The notes under the pieces: model-generated
Told to the model about the DNA's origin: nothing
Database searches by the model: none
What the model saw: only the letters and a program-made list of their open reading frames with translations
Made by a program: the position numbers and the translations under genes
Part shown: piece by piece, positions 38,936 to 55,600 of the stretch
Position numbering within the stretch: the stretch's first letter is position 1
Layout: each line of letters starts with the position of its first letter
Assembly (NCBI GenBank): GCA_964016885.1
Contig: OZ024752.1
Coordinates: 38,502,001-38,566,000, forward strand
DNA length: 64,000 nt
Direction of reading: 5' to 3'
Origin: Eledone cirrhosa
Lineage: Eukaryota

Positions 38936-40171
38936 TGAGTAATGGCTGGAACTGAGAGGTGGAAGGGGAGTGAGTTGGAAGCAGAGGATACATGTTCAGA
39001 CATCACACATATACACACATACTCAACTCCTTGCATATTAACTTTTATAAATCATCTATTTATATTACTTGGCTGTCAAAATTTTACTGACAAGTTTTCA
39101 GCAAGCCCTCAAGCACAGTTCTTTCTAATGTTGAATATAATGTGTTTTTTTTTCTTTTTGACAGACTACAGTAATACGATGACTACAGAAGTAACTTAAA
39201 CTTAACTTTTTTTCAGCTTGTGATATTCAAAATGCTTGAGGGAAACTGGACTGTTGCTGACAACGAAGTTCCTGTCTTTGCTGGTAGCTCGACTTACCAA
39301 AGTTTCAGGTGATGCCTGCAAGAGAGCTTGGTTATCCCTTGTGGCAACATTGTAAGTCTGTTAGCTTATCCCCTAAATTATTAGAGGGAAACACCAGTGC
39401 CCCTTGTGGAATATGATTGTGTGTGCATGTATTCTCTTGCTATTTCCCCCCTCTTTTTTAAAAATATAAATTGCGTTTATTTGTATGTTAGATTAAATTT
39501 TCAAGAATCAAAAAAAGATTTTGTAAAAAAATTTTTTAGAATATTCTTTTAATCTTGCTATCCCTTTTTTTTTATTAACAAGATATTAAATAAAATCATG
39601 AATTAAGAATTATAAAAAACAAATAATATTAAAAAATAATAAACAGAATGTATTTAATAAAATGACTGTGTAGGGTGTGGGTCAGAAAATACAGAAAAAA
39701 TATTTATAATTTATTGAGAAAAAAACTCCTGAAGAAGGACAAGTGTTGTAAAATTATTTGAAATTTAAAATGTTTTTTTTTTCTTCTTTTTTTAAAAAAA
39801 ATCTTGAAAACAAATTGAAATAAAATTGCTGAGAAAAATATCCCTGAAAGAAAATTAAAAGATTAGGAAACATATAGCAACCGTTTCTTCATAGAGATTA
39901 TTAAAAAAGTGGTAGCATTCTTAATGTTTTGGGTGATACTTCACAAAAAAATATGACCACAGAATCAAATTCTTGTAGAGAACAATGAAAAACATAAAAT
40001 CTTTCAGTTTGAATCCGAGAGAAATTATACCGAAATTTGCTTTACAAAGATTATTATTTATTATTTTTTTTTTCTTTGCATCTTAAAAAACATCAACAAC
40101 TGTAACAGTAACAACAAAATAATAACAACAACAACAATAATAATAATAATAATAGTAATAATGATAATAAT

Positions 40172-40360
40172 TGTTTCTACTTTTGGCACAAGGCCAGCAA
40201 TTATCCAGTGCATTACTGGTACTTTATTTTATCGACCCTGTAAGGATGAAAGGCAAAGTTAACCTCGGCGGGATTTGAACTCAGAATGGCAAGGGCCGTA
40301 ACTCTATGCGTCAAAGCATGGCGTCCGATGCTCTACCGATACTGCCAAGCCACCACCCTA
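40172..40360 (-). mobile_element. Family A SINE adjoining an (AAT)n tract
   Basis: Homology to the other copies. Confidence 0.85.
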
Positions 40361-40501
40361 ATAATAATAATAAATATTGACACATATGGCTTCTCAAAGC
40401 CTGATCCAAACATCAACGAATGAGCTTTATGAAATGGCAACAAACAAGTTAACATGTTGACCCTGTCCTCCTTACACACACACACACATATATATACACA
40501 G

Positions 40502-40533
<32 letters not shown>

Positions 40534-40927
40534 GTATATATATTATATTGTATACAGTGAGTGTGTTTTATTATATATTTCTGGCAATAATATAACATGA
40601 CCGCCCCCAAATATAACTATATATATATACATACACACACGTACATACATACATACATATATACATATATATATACATACATACATATATACATACATAT
40701 ATATATATATATACATACATATATACATACATACATACTTGAAACAAATTTTTAAAAATTGAAATAGTGACTGTATCTCAAAATTTGGTGAATTAAGTAG
40801 TGACTTATCTTTATAATAGACGAAAGCAAGGAAAGTAACTGTTCTCTATGGAGAAGAAATGTTTATGCATGTGTGTGGCTGTGTGAATGTAAGTATGCAT
40901 ATATATATATATATATATATATACAAA

Positions 40928-41277
40928 TCATCATCATCATCATCATTTCATTTTACGTCCGCTTTTTCCCTGCTTGCAAGGGTGGGACGGGAACTGATTC
41001 TGGCTTGATTTCTACAGCTGGATACCCTTCCTAACACCAACCTCATTTACAGTGAGTGCTGGGTGCTTTTTTGCCGTGGCACCTCCACGACCACTTTGCA
41101 GTGGAATGATATGGACCCCAGTCCCTATCATCTCATTTCTACAGCTGAGTAAACTGGAGCAATGTGAAATAAAGTGTCTTGCTCAAGGAAACAACACATC
41201 ACCCGGTCTGAGAATTGAACTCACAACCTTTCGATTGCAGGGCCAATGCTCTAACCACTAAGCCATGTGCCTCCATG
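40928..41277 (-). mobile_element. Full-length family B SINE with RTE tail
   Basis: Near-identical to 8586-8901, but with an intact A-box region. Confidence 0.88.
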
Positions 41278-41375
41278 TGCACATATATATATATATATAT
41301 ATATACTGTAGTAAAAGGTTAGGTAGAAATATCCAAGAGTAAGAGCACTCAGTCCATAGGATGAGTTTAGTATAA

Positions 41376-41534
41376 ATAATTACAACAGTAACATAAACAG
41401 GTACTCAACTTTCGTTGTGTTCTGGGCCTCAACTCTTTTGCCAGTCATGAGAAAATCCTCATGACAGGCTGAATGAGATGGGGCCCAGAACCGAAGGAAA
41501 CTTGAGTACTTGTTTATGACACTGTTATAATTAT
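41376..41534. repeat. 159-nt imperfect foldback made of two diverged inverted hammerhead copies
   Basis: The arms pair almost end to end around the loop aaaatc. See the corresponding finding. Confidence 0.8.
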
Positions 41535-41552
41535 ATATATATATATATATAT

Positions 41553-41965
41553 ATAAAATATTAAACAAATAATGAATAAAACAATGAAACAGTTCCTTAT
41601 ATTAAACAAAAAAAGTTCATTATTTAACGATCGTTTCTAGGATATATATGTGTTAGAATTGGCATGCATATTCAACAGATCTATGTACAAAATTATACAA
41701 AATTATACAAACTATCAAGATTAAATATACATACCAACACATATATATGCCGTCTTCAGAAATAATGTGTGTATGTGTGTTTGGTATGTATATTTAATCT
41801 TGATAGTTTGTATAATTTTGTATAATTTTGTACATAGATCTGTTGAATATGCATGCCAATTCTAACACATATATATCCTAGAAACGATCGTTAAATAATG
41901 AACTTTTTTTGTTTAATATAAGGAACTGTTTCATTGTTTTATTCATTATTTGTTTAATATTTTAT
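41553..41965. repeat. Near-perfect 185-bp inverted repeat with a 43-nt spacer
   Basis: 41553-41737 is the reverse complement of 41781-41965. Confidence 0.95.
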
Positions 41966-42198
41966 CTTGACTCTGTATACCGTTTATCTTTCACCGAAAG
42001 TGATTTTTCATTACATCTCTTCTTTCCATGATATCCGGAATACATTGAGTTCTTCATACGGATTGGACACAACCGTAAACTCTTGGTAGATTTATCTACA
42101 TATATATATATATATATATAATTCAAATTAATAGATATATATAAATATAAATATAGAGAAACAGCCATGTATCTTATGAGAACAGACAGTATTTTGAG

Positions 42199-42231
<33 letters not shown>

Positions 42232-43097
42232 ATTTATATAATAGATATATAAAATGTGTATATATAATATATACATATATGATATCTGTATATACACATA
42301 ATATATTATATATGTATATATATAATATATATAATATATATAATATGTATATAATATATATATATATAATATATATATAATAGATAAATCATATTATAAG
42401 GTATATTATAAGGTATCTATTTTTGAAGTTCTGGTTAACTTTATTTAGTTACCTACCTAGCTATGTGTGGTTAAACAATTGTAAAAATTATCTCCTGTGA
42501 TTATTCATGTTTATTTATGTGTTAATCAATTTCTAGTTATTATAAAATGCTCGGACCTACTTGTTAGAATCTTAGAGCTTATTTTGCGGGTGATATGGCA
42601 CATGTCTTTCTGGCTAGACACCCATAATTTTGATTTAGATTAAATTCATTTTTATTTATCTTAATTTTGGATATAGATATATATATATAATATATATATA
42701 ATATGTATATAATATATATATATAATATATATATAACATATATATAATATATATTATTTATCTGTATTATATATATTATCTATATATTATATATATTATT
42801 TATACATATATATATTCTCTATATATTATTTATACATATATATATATCTATTTTATATATTATGCATATTATATATATATATATCATGTATTACATATAT
42901 ATATATATACATATATTATATATATAATATATGTATATTATACACACACACACATATATATGTATATATATATATACATATACATGATATATAATATATG
43001 ATAAATATATATAAAATATATATAGATAAAATATGTAATATATAATATATATCATACAAATAAATAATATATATATGATATATACAATGTATACATA

Positions 43098-43148
<51 letters not shown>

Positions 43149-43310
43149 TATTTAGATGTATATTATATATATTAAATATGTATATATATTATATTACAAT
43201 ATATATTAGATATGTATATATACTATATATTACATGTATATGATTATATATATATATATATAATATATTTAATATATGTGATATAATAATATATGTGATA
43301 TATATATATA

Positions 43311-43490
43311 GTGATGATAATAATAATGAAGAAAATGAAAATAAAAAGGGGAAAGAAAATTAATTTTCACATACAAGCTAGAAGCAGAGTAGAATGGACA
43401 GTGAAATGACCTCTCTTCTCTGAATGAACATGTATGTGAAAATTAAATTTCCTTCCCCTTTTCATTTTCTTCAGTATTATTATTAACACT
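43311..43490. repeat. Imperfect inverted repeat (~60 bp arms)
   Basis: gaagaaaatgaaaa..aaaaggggaaagaaaattaattttcacataca / tgtatgtgaaaattaaatttccttccccttttcattttcttc. Confidence 0.8.
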
Positions 43491-43697
43491 ATTTGTACAA
43501 ATATGCAACTTAACAATGTTCTGCATATCCGCAAAATAATGCTGAAACCGGTATTGTAAACAAATTAATGTTTTGATAAAACACTGAAAAAAATCTCTTT
43601 AACATTTTCTACTGAAAGAACCTTTCTACTATTTGTTTTTATATATATCAACTTGTGTGTTACTTTTCTACATTCGATATATATATATATATATATA

Positions 43698-44023
43698 TAT
43701 AAAAGAGAGATAAACACAGACGTGTTTAAATCGTAAGGGACCAGGTTCGCTAAGGTGAAAAAAATACTAATTTTCACCCACTGTTGAGCAAGAATTGGTA
43801 ATATTCTTCACAATTAATTTGCGAAACAGCATAGCCAAACGCTGTATGGGTGATCGGTAGTTACTACAATTCCGGTTTGTATTTATTTTCTTGATTTATT
43901 CTTAAATTGAATCTGGCAAACCCTATTGTCCATAGTTAGTATTTTTTTACACGCTAGCAAATCTGGTCGCTTACGATTTGAACACACATATGTATATGTC
44001 TGTGTTTATCTCTCTTTTATATT
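43698..44023. mobile_element. Small inverted-repeat element beside (TA)n enclosing a hammerhead motif
   Basis: Arms tataaaagagagataaacacagac..gtgtttaaatcgtaagggaccag..aaaaaaatactaa and ttagtattttttt..ctggtcgcttacgatttgaacac..gtctgtgtttatctctcttttata. Confidence 0.7.
43774..43853 (+). ncRNA. Type I hammerhead motif with variant core CUGUUGA
   Basis: tcaccca-CTGTTGA-gcaag...tttgc-GAAA-cagc(10 nt loop)gctg-TA|tgggtga. 7-bp stem I and a stable 5-bp stem III. Confidence 0.7.
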
Positions 44024-44905
44024 CAATTATGATATACGGGTCGGAAAATTCTCTTTCCTAGAGCTATTTTATTGTAAGAGACTATTTTGAGTTTCTAACT
44101 CAATATATACCTTTGATATATATATAAATGTATATATATTTATATATATATAGAGGGTAACAATGAAATATAAACGATGAAATGATGGAGGATGCATGTA
44201 TTTTAAATTGAGTGCCACTATCTTCAGTGTTTAGCAATTTTTAGACTACTCTATCATAGAAACAATTGTCAGACTGTAAATAAATCTCCTTGTTTATAAT
44301 GTTAACCATGTTATTCTTCACTTCTTTTTTATTTATATATATATGTATATATATATATATATATATATGCCAGATAGTCCTATATGAGCGAGACACGGTC
44401 ACCCGACCAACCTTGACTCAAATTGGGACAATGCTAGCGTGGAAAATGGACGTTAAACGAAGATGATGATGATGATGATGATGATATACGCACACACACA
44501 AAATACTGTATCCTCATAAGATATAGGGTCATTTCTCTATATTTATATTTACATATATTCTAATAATTGGAATCATATATCATCATCATCATCATCATCA
44601 TCATTTAACATCCATCTTCAAGCTCGGACATCGGAATATACATATGAATGTTCGTATTATATATTTATATTTACATGGTATACTCTTTTACCTGTTTCAG
44701 CCATCCGGCTGAGGCCATGCTGGGGCACCGCCGAAAAACATTTGGAAGGCCTTTTGCCATGAATTTTAAGGTTGTGATGGTCATCATATACCTAGCTTCG
44801 GCAAAAGCAGGTGGAAGGAATTGACGATACCACAATTTCTGTCTTGTAAGAAGTTATCAAGACCACATATCTCCCCGACTCTGCTGAATCGAAAGTTAGC
44901 TGTAT

Positions 44906-44940
<35 letters not shown>

Positions 44941-45028
44941 ATTACACAAACACTCACACTCATTATATATATATATCTATATATATATATATAATATAAG
45001 ATCAAAAGATGGTTAAAGGAGTTCCATG

Positions 45029-45099
45029 TATTTTATTATGCGCATTTCAAAAACAAACATCATCATGCAATAATATTTGTGTTTTCATCAGATAAAACA
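45029..45099 (-). ncRNA. Type I hammerhead ribozyme motif
   Basis: Reverse complement tgttttat-CTGATGA-aaac acaaatatta(loop)tgatgtttgt tttt-GAAA-tgcgca-TA|ataaaata, with palindromic ATGCGCAT stem III. Confidence 0.8.
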
Positions 45100-45327
45100 G
45101 GAGAACATGATATGAAGGCTAAAAAACACTTGTGGATAGTGCAGTTTTAAATCAACATATCATATATATATATGAGCTAGATAAGTAGATGGATATATCA
45201 GTTACATATATCTATACATATATCTATATATATATATATGTGTATATAGATATTTATATGTATGAATATATATTTATATATACATATATTTATTTATATA
45301 TTTATTTATACATATATTTGTATATAA

Positions 45328-45366
<39 letters not shown>

Positions 45367-45851
45367 GATATTTATATGTATGAATATATATTTATATATA
45401 CATATATTTATTTATATATTTATTTATACATATATTTATATATAAACATACATATATATACATATATATATATACATACATGAGATAGATAAATAGATTG
45501 ATGTTTCAGGTACACTCCCCCTTTGGTCTTTGGTCTTTGATAGATGAATAATGAAAAGAATTTTGCCAAATTATTCTGATGGAATACATTTGAATATTCT
45601 TAGAATAAGAATCTTTTCCCCCATAAATTGTAAATAATTTTAGTTCTAGAAAAAAGAAAAAGAAATTCGAGAAGGAAATAGAATTTTTTTTTCATCTAGC
45701 AAAATATATTTTTTAAAATAATTCTTTTTTTATTTGCCTTTGTATTCTTATTGCTTCTCTGCAATGTTTTATTTGACATGCATAAGAAAGAAAAAAATAT
45801 ATATAATATAATATATATAAATTGTATCAGATTCAACTGCAATTGAGAATT

Positions 45852-45883
<32 letters not shown>

Positions 45884-47509
45884 TGTTTCTTTTGTTTCTT
45901 TGCAAGAAGATAAGAAAAAAAAATGAGATAGAGGAAGAGAGAGAGGGGGAGAGAGCGAAGAGGTAAAGAAAGAGAGGGGGAGAGAGAAGAGGTAGAGGAA
46001 GAGAGAGATGAATATAGATAGATAGATAGATTTCTTTATTAGCCACAAGGGCGCAACAAGAAAGGGGACAATAGATAGATAGATAGATAGATAAAGAGAT
46101 AGAGAGCGCACGAGAGGGGGGCGGGGGAAAGAGGTATAGGAAGAGAAAGAAGAAGTAGAGGAAGTGAAAGATGAAGATAGATAGATAGATAGAGTGAGAG
46201 AGAGAGAAAGAAAAAGAATGAGAGAGAGAGAAAGAGACAGACAGAAAGAAAGAAAGAAAGAAAGAGAAAGTGAGAGAGAGAAAGATATATTTAGGGTAAA
46301 ATGCATACATAAATGAAAGGACTTTGTATGAAATATGAAAACAATAACAACAGCAAACTTTTTTGAAAAAATATTCCCCACTGACAACAATAAAGCCAAT
46401 AACAGCAACGATGCCGGCCAAATTTATTGGTTAATTTGCATATTTAAAAAATACTTCTTTGTCTATCAAAAATTATAGATTTCTTAACAATTTTCAATTC
46501 CACTGAACAACTTTAGCATTGTTTTGTTCTTGTTTTTTTTTTTTCGTCTTGTCTGTTTTGTTGCTTTTGTCTTCTTTTTCTTCCTCTTTTTTTACACATA
46601 TTATTATTATTATTATTATTACTTATTAATTATCAATTATCAATATTATCAATTTTTACTGAATTATCAATATTATCGATTTTTACTGAAGTTTGCTTTT
46701 TCTTTTGTTTTCACTCATTTTATTATCAAAATATCATTTTGTCAAAAAAAACACAACAACAAAAAAAACAACAACAAAAAAAAACAAGAAAATAATAACA
46801 TGTGAACAGGTGAAATGTTGTTTAACCTTTGACTGCTCATCAACTATTTGTTACTAACTAAATCTCAGTTGAAGATATTTTAAATATTTAAATATTTAAC
46901 TTAACACAACATAGCTCTAACTAATCATGCCAATTGGTAATTATTCTGTTAGGCAAATAAACATTGAGAACATTATGATAAGGTATGAAAAACCATTTCA
47001 AGTTATTATAACTATGGAGAAATTCCTACATTATTATTATTATTATTATTATTTCTTCTTTCTTAGTCGGTTGTTTTACCACATTACTAAACCAACAGGA
47101 CAGGTCATACCTAATGACATAGGAACTCTTGGTTACTTTGCCCTGGGGTTTATGCTCCCATCACCTTTCTCAATTATCATTATTATATATATCTTCTAAG
47201 TGAACAGAACTAAGTCTAAATTTTCATTAAAATCAGCAAGTCTGATAAGAAAACCAAAATTTAAAATCGTACTTATATTTTACTTGCAAACTAATACTGT
47301 TTATGATAGAAGAAAGCCAATTAGACTAGTTTCACTTGGGAGTCACTCAACTAGTTCATGCTGGATGATTCAAAATGTATCCTTAACTATTGATTAGATC
47401 AATACCAAGGTGGGGGTGGGAGGAATGTTTCCTTAAAGCTAGACATTGTTGTGCGAGTGTTTCCAGAGAGATAATACAAATACAAATTCAGCTTCATTAA
47501 ATTTCATTT

Positions 47510-48870
47510 GAGCAATCTTGTATCACTCTGTTTAAAGACTGCAGTCTCAAAGTTGATCTCTACATATATTATAGATTATTTCAGCAATCTTATATCACTC
47601 TGTTTAAAGACAGCAGTCTCAAAGTTGATCTCTACATATATTATAGATTATTTCAGCAATCTTATATCACTCTGTTTAAAGACTGCAATCTCAAAATTGA
47701 TCTCTACATATATTATAGATTATTTCAGCAATCTTAAATCACTCTGTTTAAAGACTGCAATCTCAAAGTTGATCTCTACATATATTATAGATTATTTCAG
47801 CAATCTTAAATCACTCTGTTTAAAGACTGCAATCTCAAAATTGATCTCTACATATATTATAGATTATTTCAGCAATCTTAAATCACTCTGTTTAAAGACT
47901 GCAATCTCAAAATTGATCTCTACATATATTATAGATTATTTCAGCAATCTTAAATCACTCTGTTTAAAGACTGCAATCTCAAAATTGATCTCTACATATA
48001 TTATAGATTATTTCAGCAATCTTATATCACTCTGTTTAAAGACTGCAATCTCAAAATTGATCTCTACATATATTATAGATTATTTCAACAATCTTAAATC
48101 ACTCTGTTTAAAGACTGCAATCTCAAAATTGATCTCTACATATATTATAGATTATTTCAGCAATCTTAAATCACTCTGTTTAAAGACTGCAATCTCAAAA
48201 TTGATCTCTACATATATTATAGATTATTTCAGCAATCTTAAATCACTCTGTTTAAAGACTGCAATCTCAAAGTTGATCTCTACATATATTATAGATTATT
48301 TCAGCAATCTTAAATCACTCTGTTTAAAGACTGCAATCTCAAAATTGATCTCTACATATATTATAGATTATTTCAGCAATCTTATATCACTCTGTTTAAA
48401 GACTGCAATCTCAAAATTGATCTCTACATATATTATAGATTATTTCAGCAATCTTAAATCACTCTGTTTAAAGACTGCAATCTCAAAGTTGATCTCTACA
48501 TATATTATAGATTATTTCAGCAATCTTAAATCACTCTGTTTAAAACTGCAATCTCAAAGTTGATCTCTACATATATTATAGATTATTTCAGCAATCTTAT
48601 ATCACTCTGTTTAAAGACTGCAATCTCAAAGTCGATCTCTACATATATTATGGATTATTTCAGCAATCTTATATCACTCTGTTTAAAGACTGCAATCTCA
48701 AAATTGATCTCTACATATATTATGGATTATTTCAGCAATCTTATATCACTCTGTTTAAAGATTGCAATCTCAAAATTGATCTCTACATATATTATGGATT
48801 ATTTAGCAATCTTATATCACTCTGTTTAAAGACTGCAATCCCAAAATTGATCTCTACATATATTATAGAT
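47510..48870. repeat. 72-bp minisatellite, ~19 copies
   Basis: The 24-aa periodic ORF SNLKSLCLKTAISKLISTYIIDYF reflects the unit. Confidence 0.97.
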
Positions 48871-49104
48871 GATCTTTTCCAGCCACACTATTCGTGGTTA
48901 TGGTAAAACATTTTGTGTTTCTTGAACACCAGTTAGCCTTAATGACAGTTAAATAAACATCTTCAAATATCTTGAAAACTGGAGAATATTTTAAAGTTAT
49001 TGTTTAGTTTTCTGTTTAGAGTTCTCAGTGATATTTAAAGTGTCAGTATATTGCTAAAATCTTTGAGTTTTATCAAATTATGCCCTCTTTATAATAATAA
49101 GTTA

Positions 49105-52482
<3,378 letters not shown>

Positions 52483-52937
52483 GTGTGTGTATACTACTTT
52501 GACTCACAAAAATATCACATATTCAATTTTATAAATAACAACTTGGTAATATGATACAGTTATTATACTTAGTCTTATGCAAATATGCAAATAGCTAGAT
52601 TTAACATTACAGGAGATGAAGCACTAAAACATAGAGCCATTGCAATTATTCATTAATCTGTGCAAAATTTTTCCTTTATAATTTGTTTAAGGCATATAAA
52701 ATCAACAATATAGCAGACATTATTGGCAGTTATAATGGTCTATTACAGGCTAACTGGTCTTCATTACAAAAATATATCTGAAAATACTTTTATATGATTC
52801 CTCATGGTGATATTATTTCTAGTTTCCATACAAAAAGGATATCAACATGGAGAAATATTTTTCTCCAAGAATTGGTTGAAGATTTAATTTCTTTTTAATT
52901 TTAATAATTTTTTTTTTTTTTGTTTAGTTATCAATTC

Positions 52938-53250
52938 TATTTTATTTACCATGCCCAATATTGTGTCAAACTAAAGGACTTTGCTTGGGTTTATTATGAA
53001 TTGTACTTTATTTACTAGGCCCAATGTCGTGTCAAACTAAAGGACTTTGCTTGAGTTTATTATGAATTGTACTTTATTTACTAGGCCCAATGTTGTGTCA
53101 AACTAAAGGACTTTGCTTGAGTTTATTATGAATTGTACTTTATTTACTAGGCCCAATGTTGTGTCAAGTTAAAGGATTTTGCTTGAATTTATTATAAATT
53201 GTATTTTATTTACTAGGCCCAATATTGTGTCAAACTTAAGGACCTTCCTT
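52938..53250. repeat. 66-bp minisatellite, ~4.6 copies
   Basis: cccaat at 52954, 53020 and onward. Confidence 0.9.
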
Positions 53251-53994
53251 GGATTCAAACAAGAGGAATTAGCATAGTAAGGGTTTTTTCTTTTATATTT
53301 CAGTTCCACTTAACAGATACCATTCTGATAATTAAAGTGGAATTTCAATTTTTTTAAATTGAAAATGTGACCCTTTTGGGGCTGGGGGAAGAGGGAGAGA
53401 TACAACGACATATTGCAGGTTAGGTTATCCAATCTTAATCTATGAAGAAAGAAACTGGATAAATCTGAAAAAATGGGATCCTATTGTGAGTTGGGCTCAG
53501 CTTGGTTGGTGGGGGAGAGATGGGTGGTAGAGATACGACACATTACAGATTAGGTTTTCTTAAACTAATCTTTCAAGTAAGAAACTGGGGACCCCATTGT
53601 GGTCTGGGCTGGAATGGCTCGAAAGAGAGGGGTGGAAGAGATAGTATGACACATTAAAGATTAGGTATTCAGGTTTTCTTATCCTAATCTTTCAAGTAAG
53701 AAACCAAATAAATCTTATATCACATATTTTTGAACCACTCTGATAAAAGACCCTTGATATCTCTTTTGAAATCTTTGTATGTACTCCCATAAACCACCCC
53801 ACCTCATTAACATAATTTATGTTTCCTCAAACACGAACATATCCACCCAATGAGTCTTAAATAACAATTTCCAGCTTATTTAGCAATGAAATGTCATCTT
53901 AGCGATATTTAAAGTGGGAATAATCAGCCATTTTCTCTAGAAGTAATATATTTGGATAGTATAAAATAACAGTAAACAAATAAATATAGAAAAT

Positions 53995-54482
53995 GTCTGT
54001 GTCTGTGTTTGCGTTTGTGAATGTATGTGCGTGTATGCGTGTGTGTATGTGTGTGTAGGTATCTATGTGTGTGTACATGTTTGTGTGTGTATATGTTTGT
54101 GAGTGTACATGTTTGTGTATGTGTGTGTGTGTGTATGAGAATGTATGAGTGTGTATGCATGTGTGTGTAGGTATGTATGTATGTGCGTGTATGTGTTTGT
54201 GTGTGTATGCGTGTTGTGTATGTATATGTGTAGATATGTGTATGCGCGTGTATGTATGTATGTATATGTGTGTGTGTATATGTATGTATGCATATGCATG
54301 CATATGTATGTATATGTATGTGTGTATATGCATGTATGCGTATGTATGTGTATATGTATGCATGCATGTGTGTGTGTTTGTGTATGTGTATATGTATGTA
54401 TGCATATGTGTGTATATGTATGTATGTATGTGTATATATAGGTATATGTGTATGTATGTGTGTATGTATGTATGCGTATATG

Positions 54483-54513
<31 letters not shown>

Positions 54514-55034
54514 GTGTATGTGTATGTGTATGTGTATGTATGCATGTGTGTATGTATGTCTGAATGAATGGTAGAAGCATATGAATAAGTTGAAATAAAA
54601 AGAAAATCAGACATTTCTAAACCTACAGAATAATGTCATATCATTCTCTTCACCCCACCCCACCACCAATCACCCCCACCACCCCCAATCACCCCCACCA
54701 CCAAAAAAATAATAATAAATAAATATAAAATAAAAAATATAAAATAAATAAATAACAGAGAAAGAAAATAAAACATAAAATACATAAACAGATATATAAA
54801 TATAAAATAAAATAATTGAACTTAGAATTATTATCAGAAAGAAGGATAGAGAGAAAATGTATGTATGTGTGTGTGTCTATGTTTGTATGTATGTGTGTGT
54901 GTGTCTATATATGTATGTGTATGTGTCTTTGTATATGTTCAAACACAAACAAAAAATATATATATATACACACATATATATATATATGTATGTATATATA
55001 TATATGTGTGTGTGTATATATATATATATGTGTG

Positions 55035-55106
<72 letters not shown>

Positions 55107-55112
55107 TGTATG

Positions 55113-55144
<32 letters not shown>

Positions 55145-55180
55145 TGTATGTATATATATATATGTATATATATATGTATG

Positions 55181-55256
<76 letters not shown>

Positions 55257-55600
55257 AATATATATATATATATATGTATATATGTATATATATATATATA
55301 CATGTATGTATATATATATATATATGTGTGTGTGTATGTATATATATATATGTATATATATGTACATATATATATATGGAGGGTGGGATGTAGTGTGTGT
55401 GTGTTCAGACATATATATATGTGTATATATATATATTTACATTTGTTTGTGTATGTGTAATTACCGGTAATTTTTAAGGTATGTGTCAATGTGTGTATGA
55501 AAGTATAAACATATACACACACATACATACACACACACACACACACTCACACATGCACGTGTGTGTTATAAGCCTATATACACACATACACACACACACA
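53995..55600. repeat. Degenerate (TG)/(TA)/(TATG) microsatellite blocks
   Basis: Direct reading. Confidence 0.9.

Noticed and set aside
47508-48829. 351-aa and 89-aa repeat ORFs
   Set aside because: A by-product of a 72-bp unit that lacks stops in one frame. There is no ATG context or splice evidence, and a frameshift lies within the array.
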